Source: a virus (Duplodnaviria; Heunggongvirae; Uroviricota; Caudoviricetes). From it: a DNA stretch of 11,630 bases. The number at the start of each line of letters is the position of its first letter. Positions within the stretch are counted from its first letter, which is position 1. The stretch lies in IMG/VR virus record IMGVR_UViG_2534681832_000020. The stretch is one strand, 5' to 3'. Positions 1 through 7,179 of this stretch are shown piece after piece. The notes under the pieces were generated by a model. The model had not been told where the DNA came from, ran no database searches, and worked only from the letters and a program-made list of their open reading frames with translations. Made by a program: the position numbers and the translations under genes.

Positions 1-130
1 ACAGATACCAGGCCTCTGCCGAAGGCTCCCGCAACACCACGCTGACATTTCCCCATTCCGGCACCTTCACCGTTTTATGACGGAACCCCGACAGTCTGGC
101 CAGCGCCAGTGTTTTCAGATCTTTTGCCAT
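1..130 (-). CDS. Tail assembly chaperone, N-terminal part only (gene continues beyond window start)
   Basis: Reverse complement of 1-130 reads ATG (130-128) then MAKDLKTLALARLSGFRHKTVKVPEWGNVSVVLREPSAEAWYL with no stop. It lies immediately downstream of the major tail gene, where lambda-like and HK97-like tail modules place the G/GT-type chaperone. Assignment rests mainly on position plus a remembered VPEWG-type motif. Confidence 0.5.
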   Translation of the reverse strand, partial: MAKDLKTLALARLSGFRHKTVKVPEWGNVSVVLREPSAEAWYL

Positions 131-135
131 AAGCC

Positions 136-852
136 TTATCCGCCCGCACCATTAACCGTTACCGTACACGCATCAGAGGTAATGCTCTGCGGCTGTTCTG
201 CAGAATCCGTTACCTCGCAGGTATAAGCCCCCTTATCACCTGACTGCGCATTGGCTTTACTGAAAGTGTCAGTAGTCTGTCCCTCTACCGGCTGACCATC
301 CTTCTTCCAGGCGTGTTTATAAGGCGGCGTTCCCCCGTTGACACTGACTGACATTGTCAGCAGCGCACCGGTATTCACGGTAAGTGTCTTCTCCGGATTT
401 TTCACAAACGCCAGCGGTACCACATAGGACACCGGTTTACCCTTCAGGCGAAGTGAAAACGTTGCAGCCACCACGCCGTTGGTACCGGATGACCAGGTGT
501 GCTGACGCACTTCCGCCAGGAACTTAAAGCCCTTACCGGACGGAAACTGCACCTTAAACGCATACACCGTGTCATTGTCATAGGCATCACGCAGGGCGTT
601 CTGGGCCTGATTCAGATAAAAATTACCCGACATGGAAATCTCGGACGACGCCCCCAGACCGTTGATGTTCTCCTGCTCTGTGGAGCAGAGCGTGGTCACA
701 TCAATATCCTGTTTCTGACCGGCGGTGAACTGGACTTCCTTGATGGTGCAGTCCAGGCGCAGATATTCCGCCTTATCCATAGTTTCAGCAGTCGCCGGGG
801 CAGATGAAATCATCACCTGCGTCAGCTGTGAGCGTTCATACAAAGCAGACAT
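136..852 (-). CDS. Major tail (tube) protein with C-terminal Ig-like domain
   Basis: 238-aa ORF with ATG at 852 preceded by AGGAGG 4 nt upstream. The central VQFPSGKGFKFLAEV region resembles lambda gpV-type tail tube proteins. The C-terminal ~80 aa (PPYKHAWKKDGQPVEGQ...GAYTCEVTD...CTVTV) has an immunoglobulin-like pattern. Confidence 0.75.
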   Translation of the reverse strand: MSALYERSQLTQVMISSAPATAETMDKAEYLRLDCTIKEVQFTAGQKQDIDVTTLCSTEQENINGLGASSEISMSGNFYLNQAQNALRDAYDNDTVYAFKVQFPSGKGFKFLAEVRQHTWSSGTNGVVAATFSLRLKGKPVSYVVPLAFVKNPEKTLTVNTGALLTMSVSVNGGTPPYKHAWKKDGQPVEGQTTDTFSKANAQSGDKGAYTCEVTDSAEQPQSITSDACTVTVNGAGG

Positions 853-865
853 TCTGCCTCCTGAT

Positions 866-890
866 AATAAAAAACCCGCACGCGGCGGGG
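866..890 (-). terminator. Terminator-like GC hairpin plus U-run immediately upstream of the major tail gene ribosome-binding site
   Basis: Minus-strand RNA reads CCCGC-cgcgu-GCGGG followed by UUUUUUAUU, then AGGAGG and the ATG at 852. The stem is only 5 bp, so any termination would be partial. Confidence 0.4.
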
Positions 891-918
891 TATGGGTTTT
901 GTAGAAAAAAAGAAAAAG

Positions 919-1263
919 TCACACCGTGACCTGAAACTCCAGGGTTGCACGGTAACAGCGGTTTTCCGGAATATAGTCCTGCATTTCACTGACGGATCCC
1001 GGGGCCAGCAGCATTATGGCTTCACGGGCGTCCTGACGTATCTGACGCGCCTGCGTCACAGTCCCGGCATAAACGTCTATCTGCACCGACACTGAGGACT
1101 CCGCCTGCCCGCCCATCACGTCCGCAGACACCGATGAAATCAGGCTGAAAACCACCCACGGAAGCGCCACCGACGGCCTGCCATCCAGCAGGGGGACCAC
1201 ATACGGGTACACCTGCCCGCCGGCAAGATGCGCCAGATGAGGATACAAATCCGCCTCCGTCAT
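919..1263 (-). CDS. Tail completion / tail terminator-like protein (DUF3168-like)
   Basis: 114-aa ORF whose ATG (1263-1261) overlaps the stop of the upstream gene as ATGA. Size and position between the gp10-like protein and the major tail protein match neck/tail-terminator genes. Family assignment is from memory, not a search. Confidence 0.5.
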   Translation of the reverse strand: MTEADLYPHLAHLAGGQVYPYVVPLLDGRPSVALPWVVFSLISSVSADVMGGQAESSVSVQIDVYAGTVTQARQIRQDAREAIMLLAPGSVSEMQDYIPENRCYRATLEFQVTV

Positions 1264-1706
1264 CGTCTCAGTACCTCATCAATGGCCCGGTTCATCCGAG
1301 CAATCGCCACCTGCGCTGCCTGTTCACTGCGCACATCAAATGCCGGGCGCACAAACGGGTGCGGTGGCATATTCACGGTCCCCATTTCCACAAACCGCCA
1401 GTAGAAAGCATTGCGCGGGTTATCCGCCTTCATGGTGTTATCGCTGTTACCGGTGTCCGGATTAACACCACGGATATGGACACCGGATTCCATCCCGCCA
1501 TCGCGGGAGCGCCGGGAAAGGACCACCACATTGCGGCGCAGTTTTCCCCTGCGTACCGGTGCCCGTGACACCACTTCTTCTTTCAGCACATTCGCACCCG
1601 CACGGGTTGCCTCACGCAGCACCCGGTTATTTTCCGCACCACTCAGAAGCTGCAAATCGCGGCTGATGTCCTCCAGCCCCGAAAAATCCAGCAGGGTTTC
1701 GATCAT
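1260..1706 (-). CDS. HK97 gp10-family neck/tail component protein
   Basis: 148-aa ORF with ATG at 1706 overlapping the upstream stop (ATGA). The AFYWRFVEMGT...PPHPFVRPAFD region matches the conserved core of HK97 gp10-family proteins. Confidence 0.65.
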   Translation of the reverse strand: MIETLLDFSGLEDISRDLQLLSGAENNRVLREATRAGANVLKEEVVSRAPVRRGKLRRNVVVLSRRSRDGGMESGVHIRGVNPDTGNSDNTMKADNPRNAFYWRFVEMGTVNMPPHPFVRPAFDVRSEQAAQVAIARMNRAIDEVLRR

Positions 1707-2053
1707 TTTTCACCTCCCAGCCGACAGAGAATTTCCAGACGTCCGCCGGTCGCATCCGGCACGGGCAGCCCGACAACGTTCAGGATCCGGTCACGCCATG
1801 GACCACTCAGCACATGAAGTCGTGACGCTGCCGTGATTTCCCGGCCGGACTGACCGCGCACCCAGATGCGGATTTCCGCCTGCGCCATTTCCGCACCGGA
1901 CTGCATCCGCTCCCGGCTGCTCCTGCCACGGATATCCGCATGAATTTTCCCGCATGACACCCATTCTTCCGTCATTTCTCCGGCAGCATTACGGGTTAAC
2001 ACCGGGTTCAGAACACTTATCATCTGTGTCAGACGACCTGCAGATATTGCCAT
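1703..2053 (-). CDS. Head closure (head-tail joining) protein
   Basis: 116-aa ORF with ATG at 2053 and GGAGGGGG ribosome-binding site. The N-terminal AGRL motif, central EIRIWVR and C-terminal RLEILCR fit the head closure / head-tail joining family of HK97-like phages. Confidence 0.75.
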   Translation of the reverse strand: MAISAGRLTQMISVLNPVLTRNAAGEMTEEWVSCGKIHADIRGRSSRERMQSGAEMAQAEIRIWVRGQSGREITAASRLHVLSGPWRDRILNVVGLPVPDATGGRLEILCRLGGEK

Positions 2054-2062
2054 TCCCCCTCC

Positions 2063-2389
2063 TCATAACACCGTCGGACAACGCAAATCGTAAATCAGCA
2101 CGGAAACAGAAAACGGCAGCTCCCCCTGAATCAGTTCTTCCCGCTCCGCAAGATCCGGATTCCGGTACAGCATCCCGGTCAGTCGCATGGCAGCCCCCTT
2201 CATCCGGGTTAATGCCTCGCCCGGGATCAGTTCACCGTCCTCACGAATCACTTTATCCCGGCTGCCCTGAATGTAGGCCAGCAGCACGGCGGTAGCCTGA
2301 CGAACCTTGTCCATCAGCATGTCATCATCCGCGTCATGGTCGACACGCAGATGTGCCTTGATCTCTTCCAGTGTCAGTAATGCCGTCAT
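2063..2389 (-). CDS. Head-tail connector (gp6-like DNA packaging / adaptor) protein
   Basis: 108-aa ORF with ATG at 2389 and AGGAGG 6 nt upstream. The N-terminal LTLEEIKAHLRVDHDADDDML motif is typical of gp6-like connector proteins. Confidence 0.75.
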   Translation of the reverse strand: MTALLTLEEIKAHLRVDHDADDDMLMDKVRQATAVLLAYIQGSRDKVIREDGELIPGEALTRMKGAAMRLTGMLYRNPDLAEREELIQGELPFSVSVLIYDLRCPTVL

Positions 2390-2468
2390 TTTCCGCCTCC
2401 TGCATCCCGTCCACGTTTGGCAGCCAGGGTCCAGCCTGATGAATGAGCTTCTCCGGGTTTATCACCGG

Positions 2469-3609
2469 TCATACTGTTGCAGTGCCACAGCGAGCCCCCC
2501 ACGTCACCGTATCGCCGGGGTGGTAGGTTTCACCGGCTCTGAACACACCGCGGTAGAGCATCACCGGCAGGGAAAATGTTTTTTCCGTACGCTGGCCACT
2601 GCTGTGCCGGATCACCACAGAGAACAACCGCTCACCCGTCATACTGACGTCAATATCCGCCACCCCGTCAACCAGGCATTCCCATCCCCGCATCCCGTGC
2701 GTTTTTTCATACGCCCGCCAGAGTCCGCCCTGGTGTGTGGCATACGTGCCCCGGGGAAAGGATTTTTGATCGTCAATGGCGGGGAGTATTTCCAGTGCCG
2801 TGGCATCACGCCCGTCCTGCGGAGCCGGCAGGGCACTCACCGCATCCAGAACCGCCTTCTGCAGAACATCCGGATCGTAGTCACGACCATCACGCGGAAC
2901 AGGAATATGGCTTACCGCCTCCTTCACCATCTGTTCAAGCATCGGACGCACATCATCCGGGGTGAGACTTTTACCGTCCGCCGGCTGCGGAATATTTGCG
3001 ACCGCATCATTCACCGCCTTCTGCAGTACTTCCGGATCGTAGTCACGACCGTCACGCGGAACAGGGATATGGCTTACCGCCTCCTTCACCATCTGTTCAA
3101 GCATCGGACGCACATCATCCGGGGTGAGACTTTTACCGTCCGCCGGTACCGGAATATTCGCAACCGCATCATTCACCGCCTGCTTCAGTACTTCCGGATC
3201 ATAATCACGACCGTCACGCGGAGCAGGGATATGGCTTACAGCCTCCTTCACCATCTGCTCAAGCATCGGACGCACATCATCCGGGGTGAGACTTTTGCCG
3301 TCCGCCGGTCTGCGGAATATTCGCGACCGCATCATTCACCGCCTGCTGCAGTACATCCGGATCATAATCACGACCATCACGCGGTACCGGAATGGTCCCC
3401 ACAGCGTCATCCACCATCGCCTGCAGAACCGGACGCACCTCATCCACCGTCACATGCTTCTGTAATACCGCCGACAGGGAAGCCAGTTTCTCTTCAAACG
3501 CTTGTGCCTGCGAGGCCATCTTCCCCTCAAATGTGCGCTGTAAATCCGCCAGCACCGTGGAGAATTCTTCTCCCAGTGCACGAATAATGGACAGTTCCCG
3601 TTCCGTCAT
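2469..3609 (-). pseudogene. Virion-module protein with ~54-aa tandem repeats, interrupted by a 1-nt insertion near 3309 (fragments 3277..3609 and 2469..3335)
   Basis: Two overlapping minus-strand ORFs in different frames carry the same repeat, IPVPRDGRDYDPEVLQKAVNDAVANIP-PADGKSLTPDDVRPMLEQMVKEAVSH. Aligning the 162-bp DNA units shows the unit at 3298 has one extra base (ccggTctgcgg versus ccggctgcgg in the unit at 2974). Removing it gives one ~379-aa ORF whose ATG (3609-3607) overlaps the portal stop as ATGA. Confidence 0.55.
2812..3460. repeat. About four tandem copies of a 162-bp (54-codon) repeat inside the repeat-protein gene
   Basis: The motif ccgtccgccgg recurs at 2974, 3136 and 3298 (period 162 bp). 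The flanking units at 2812-2973 and about 3298-3460 are more diverged; internal units are near-identical by eye. Confidence 0.8.
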
Positions 3610-4970
3610 TTTCGCAGTATCCCCCTGAACATCGCTTTCACCGCATCATGCTCTGTTTCACTGATTGCCTTATTACCGTCAGATGCGCCGTCAGGCAGTT
3701 GTGCTGAAACTGTTTTCCCGGCAGACGCGAACGGATCCTCACGGGCATCACGACGGGACAGCGCCTCCAGACTGTAGTTCTGCTGCTGAAGATACAGTGC
3801 ATCACCGCCGGCCAGGGGCGGCAGGTTCTCACGTTTACGGGCCTCATTGGGCGTGAGAAGCGTATTTTTCACCGCATCACCCAGCGTTTTCATGCGCCGT
3901 TCGCTGTCCATTCTCAGCAGCGTGGTGACGTCAAACTCCGTACTCTCGTTTTCCCCCGTTTCCAGCGCCTCATCCAGTAACAGTTCAATGGACTCAATCA
4001 GCGTCTGCAGGCACTGGGAATAATACTGCTGCTCCAGCGCCTCCACGTTGTCACTGGAAGGCGGTTGTCCCACGCCAATCTTGTAGGCCGGGACACGGAA
4101 CACCGAACAGACAATTTCAGCGGTCATCTTCAGTTGTTCCACCGTCTGCGCATCCACAGGTGAAAACGTCGTGGGGTTGTATTTTGCCCCGTTGCTCAGA
4201 ATGGCCGTTTTCCCCGCATTTTCGCCTGTATACCCGCTGTCCCAGTTGCTCTTCAGTTTTTTCGCATTTTCTTCCGTTATACTGCCGGGGATCTCAATCA
4301 CCCCGGACGGCCTGCCGCCATTTCTGAAAAAAGACGTCGAATTTTCCTGAATATGATGCCCCTGCGTGGCCGCCAGCCCGGCAGCATACACCGGCGGCAG
4401 CCCCACAAGCGGATGAAAAAAACAGTTAAACCGGTCGTGGATCACTTCCCTGGCAGGCACCGTCACCGCCTCCGTGATCCCGCAGTTCCGGTCCGGTGTA
4501 ATGCGATAGAACACCTCGCCGTCATCCGCCACCAGAGGTTCAACCCGGCTCCAGTCCAGAATACGCAGTTCTTTGATCTGCCCCCGGGAGTTACGGATTT
4601 TCAGCACCACCGTATTGCCGTGACGCAATTTGGCGTTCAGCCACAGTTCAAAAAACTGGATACGATTCTGCTGTGCATTGGGACGACGACAGAGACGGGC
4701 AATATCTCCCTGCCGCTTTTCACGGCGGATTCCCTGTGTATCAGTCTGCATCAGGCGCAGTCGCATTTTGGCGATATCCTGGGATATCAGCGAAATGCAT
4801 GAAAACACCGCATGAAAGGAGAGGACACTTTCCGGATCGGCTTTCACGCCCTGCTGCCAGGCGCCGGCAAAAGGCTCAGCCACCGCCTGAAACAGGCTGG
4901 TCCAGCCCACTTCTCTTACGTCACGTCCTGATTTCTGGTTTTTTCGGGTTCGCCGCAAAAGGTTCCACAT
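3606..4970 (-). CDS. Portal protein, HK97 family
   Basis: 454-aa ORF. The FFRNGGRPSGVIEIPG...ENAGKTAILSNGAKYNPTTFSPVDAQTVEQLKMTAEIVCSVFRVPAYKIG block matches the conserved core of HK97-family portals. ATG at 4970 has GGAG 8-9 nt upstream; start is uncertain (an in-frame GTG at 4910 is the alternative). Confidence 0.8.
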   Translation of the reverse strand: MWNLLRRTRKNQKSGRDVREVGWTSLFQAVAEPFAGAWQQGVKADPESVLSFHAVFSCISLISQDIAKMRLRLMQTDTQGIRREKRQGDIARLCRRPNAQQNRIQFFELWLNAKLRHGNTVVLKIRNSRGQIKELRILDWSRVEPLVADDGEVFYRITPDRNCGITEAVTVPAREVIHDRFNCFFHPLVGLPPVYAAGLAATQGHHIQENSTSFFRNGGRPSGVIEIPGSITEENAKKLKSNWDSGYTGENAGKTAILSNGAKYNPTTFSPVDAQTVEQLKMTAEIVCSVFRVPAYKIGVGQPPSSDNVEALEQQYYSQCLQTLIESIELLLDEALETGENESTEFDVTTLLRMDSERRMKTLGDAVKNTLLTPNEARKRENLPPLAGGDALYLQQQNYSLEALSRRDAREDPFASAGKTVSAQLPDGASDGNKAISETEHDAVKAMFRGILRK

Positions 4971-5137
4971 TCGCCATGCTCCGCATCACGTTTCTTTTTC
5001 TGACCTGCCGGACGTCGCGCTGTGATGTACTCCGCCTTCCCCAGGCGAACCAGCACCTCCGCACACGGCTGTGCCACATCACGGATATCCCCGGCCCGGG
5101 CATCATGCGTGCCCTGCAGATATCGGATCTTTGCCAT
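4916..5137 (-). CDS. Hypothetical small protein (73 aa) in the capsid-portal gap; doubtful
   Basis: ATG at 5137 opens MAKIRYLQGTHDARAGDIRDVAQPCAEVLVRLGKAEY..., which fills the otherwise noncoding 208-bp gap. There is no clear Shine-Dalgarno sequence, the start sits 7 nt after a strong hairpin, and the 3' end overlaps the annotated portal start by 55 nt in another frame. Confidence 0.25.
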   Translation of the reverse strand: MAKIRYLQGTHDARAGDIRDVAQPCAEVLVRLGKAEYITARRPAGQKKKRDAEHGECGTFCGEPEKTRNQDVT

Positions 5138-5145
5138 CTGTTACG

Positions 5146-5163
5146 GGAGGCGCACGCCTCCCG
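5146..5163 (-). promoter_or_regulatory. Perfect 8-bp GC stem-loop directly after the capsid gene stop
   Basis: Plus strand gggaggcg-ca-cgcctccc is a perfect inverted repeat. It lies 16 nt after the capsid TGA on the minus strand and is not followed by a U-run, so it looks like an mRNA stability or processing element rather than an intrinsic terminator. Confidence 0.4.
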
Positions 5164-5178
5164 TCCTCCTCATCAGAC

Positions 5179-7116
5179 TCAGCCGCCGGACGCACTGCCG
5201 TAGTTCACTCCGGTGATCACCGCCACCGCCGCGGTACGGCGACGACGCCAGTTGATCCAGCGCTCCGCACGGATGGCCACGCTGCCTGTCTGGAACATGG
5301 AAACCAGCTCCACCGGGGACGGCGTGGTACTGTCGCCGGTCGGCTCAGACTGCATTTCCAGTGATGCTTCACGGGACATATCCACTGCCACGCCGCCGTC
5401 ATCCGCCAGATAAATATCCGGCGCATTCACCAGCACCAGCTGGTCACCCACGTACTGGGAGACAATCACCGGCAGGCCCTGGAAGGAGCCACCCAGCAGG
5501 GTCATGTCCGGGTATTCCTTCTGACCCAGCGCATTTTTACGCATGGACAGTGCCAGGGCATTGGTGCTGGACATCAGCCAGACAGCACCAGTGGGCTGCA
5601 GATTTGCCGTCACAAACTGGCCAAACGCGGCCTCGGCATCCGCATCCGGGTTACCGGTTGATGCCGTGCCCTTCACATCATGGGTGATGGACGCCGGGGA
5701 GACATCTGCCACTGCGGCTTTTTTCGGGTCCACAAAGTCTGTATCCAGACGCGCCACTACCGCTTCCGCCAGCGCATTACGGACCAGTGCATCAGCAGCC
5801 GGACTGGAAAAACGGATCAATTCTTCCGTCAGTACCGCAATGGCCGACACTTTCGCATGACTGAAGGTGATGGATTCAAAATCAAACTTCGTCAGGGGTC
5901 TGGCCTTACCCTCACCCACCCAGCCGGCAGCACCGCCGGACACCTGGGCGTGCACACGGATATTGAACGGCACCTGACGAAGTGCAGGGATCCCGCCCTG
6001 ACCAAATCGCCCGATAATGGTCTGCGGACGCAGGTAATCAATAAAGTCCTGTGCGTATTCCTGATATTCAGACAGGCTGCCTGCCCACTGCGGATCCGTG
6101 GTGGTCCCCGCGCCCACTGCCGATTTCAGGACATGATGCAGACAACTGTCATCCGGATACTGACGACGGGCCACTTCCAGGGCTTCAGATCGGACGCCTT
6201 TAGCCGCAGCCAGCGATTTGGCAAAGCGGGCGAAGCCAATCCCCTTATCCAGTTTCTGCTCCACACGGATCACCGGCGCAGAAGCCACCGCGGCCACATT
6301 CCCGTTACCGGCCTGTTTCACCGGCTGCGCCGTGGCGGCCTTACCGGCTTCCAGTTCACGCAGGCGCTTCAGGTGCGCATCCACCTGACGGATTTCCGCT
6401 GCGGTGTTGTCGTAGTGCTCTTCCTCCTCCACATCCAGCGTGCGCCCTTCCTCTGCGGCTTTGGTCATGACCTCCTCAAGGGAGGCTGCCAGCGCTGCAC
6501 GCTTGTTTTCAAAACTTTTAATCTGTTCGCCAATATTCATTATGGTCTTTTCCTTATGAAAAACGGTTGTTGACTGTGCCGCAGCGCCGGCAGAAGATGC
6601 GATTTTCACCACCGGTTTCCGGTTGCCGGACGCGGCAGAAAACGGGCGGTCGTAAGATTTAATGGTCCGGATGGTGCATTCCGCATTCGCGGGCACGGTG
6701 ACGGCAGACACCTCCATCAGTTCCCAGCGCAGAAAATGCAGTCCGCCTCCGTCCAGAAAGGTGTATTCATGGGGACGGAAGCCCACGGACAGCCCCCTGA
6801 CCAGCCCGGTCTTAATGGCCGCCCAGACCTCATCCAGCCGGGCTGCCATCTGGGAGGGCATCCCCGGCTCCGGCTTCACCAGCATTGCCGTGATTTCCAG
6901 CCCTTCCCTGACCCGACGCACCGTACACTGGCCTACAGGGCGGGAATGGTCATGCTGCCAGAGAAACGGGATCGCACTGCCAAACTCCGCGCCCTCCGGC
7001 TCCAGGATGTCACCATCCCGATCCGGAGAAGGCGTTGACGCAATCCCGGTGATCACCCGTTCATCCTCACTGAAGGATTTCACCGTCAGCAGGGAACAGG
7101 CCCGTTTAAGAGTCAC
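5179..7116 (-). CDS. Fused prohead protease - scaffold-like coiled coil - major capsid protein (HK97 family)
   Basis: 645-aa ORF starting at GTG 7116 with AGGAGG 5 nt upstream. The N-terminus (ITGIASTPSPDRDGDILEPEGAEF...GLSVGFRP...VTVPAN) matches HK97-type prohead proteases. The middle (EQIKSFENKRAALAASLEEV...LKRLRELEAG) is a charged, coiled-coil-like stretch. The C-terminal ~400 aa matches HK97-fold major capsid proteins. Confidence 0.85.
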   Translation of the reverse strand: MTLKRACSLLTVKSFSEDERVITGIASTPSPDRDGDILEPEGAEFGSAIPFLWQHDHSRPVGQCTVRRVREGLEITAMLVKPEPGMPSQMAARLDEVWAAIKTGLVRGLSVGFRPHEYTFLDGGGLHFLRWELMEVSAVTVPANAECTIRTIKSYDRPFSAASGNRKPVVKIASSAGAAAQSTTVFHKEKTIMNIGEQIKSFENKRAALAASLEEVMTKAAEEGRTLDVEEEEHYDNTAAEIRQVDAHLKRLRELEAGKAATAQPVKQAGNGNVAAVASAPVIRVEQKLDKGIGFARFAKSLAAAKGVRSEALEVARRQYPDDSCLHHVLKSAVGAGTTTDPQWAGSLSEYQEYAQDFIDYLRPQTIIGRFGQGGIPALRQVPFNIRVHAQVSGGAAGWVGEGKARPLTKFDFESITFSHAKVSAIAVLTEELIRFSSPAADALVRNALAEAVVARLDTDFVDPKKAAVADVSPASITHDVKGTASTGNPDADAEAAFGQFVTANLQPTGAVWLMSSTNALALSMRKNALGQKEYPDMTLLGGSFQGLPVIVSQYVGDQLVLVNAPDIYLADDGGVAVDMSREASLEMQSEPTGDSTTPSPVELVSMFQTGSVAIRAERWINWRRRRTAAVAVITGVNYGSASGG

Positions 7117-7130
7117 ATCAGCCTCCTGAA

Positions 7131-7153
7131 AATAAAAAAACCGCCGCAGCGGT
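7131..7153 (-). terminator. Terminator-like GC hairpin plus U-run immediately upstream of the capsid gene ribosome-binding site
   Basis: Minus-strand RNA reads ACCGC-ugcg-GCGG followed by UUUUUUUAUUUUC, then AGGAGG and GTG 7116. It sits in the 63-bp gap after the terminase large subunit stop and has the same architecture as the site at 866-890. Confidence 0.35.
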
Positions 7154-7179
7154 TCATGATGGTTACAGGGTGAGCAGGG

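Noticed and set aside
2812-3460. Possible CRISPR array suggested by regularly spaced repeats
   Set aside because: The units are 162 bp with no spacer/repeat alternation and lie in frame within a protein-coding gene. They are coding tandem repeats, not a CRISPR array.
2307-3587. 426-aa plus-strand ORF with striking internal repeats
   Set aside because: It is antisense to the minus-strand repeat gene, and the repeats are the reverse-complement reading of the same 162-bp units. It has no ribosome-binding site and its composition is implausible (very His/Arg-rich), so it is an open-frame artefact.
4353-5203. Plus-strand ORFs of 149 aa and 176 aa
   Set aside because: Both are antisense to the portal gene and the capsid-portal gap, with no ribosome-binding sites and implausible composition.
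5680-6573. 297-aa plus-strand ORF
   Set aside because: It is wholly antisense to the well-supported protease-capsid gene, with no start context and Arg/Cys/His-rich composition typical of spurious antisense frames in GC-rich coding DNA.
7116-7119. An ATG one base upstream of the capsid GTG start
   Set aside because: This ATG is out of frame and is followed immediately by TGA. The in-frame GTG at 7116, 5 nt from AGGAGG, is the only start consistent with the long ORF.
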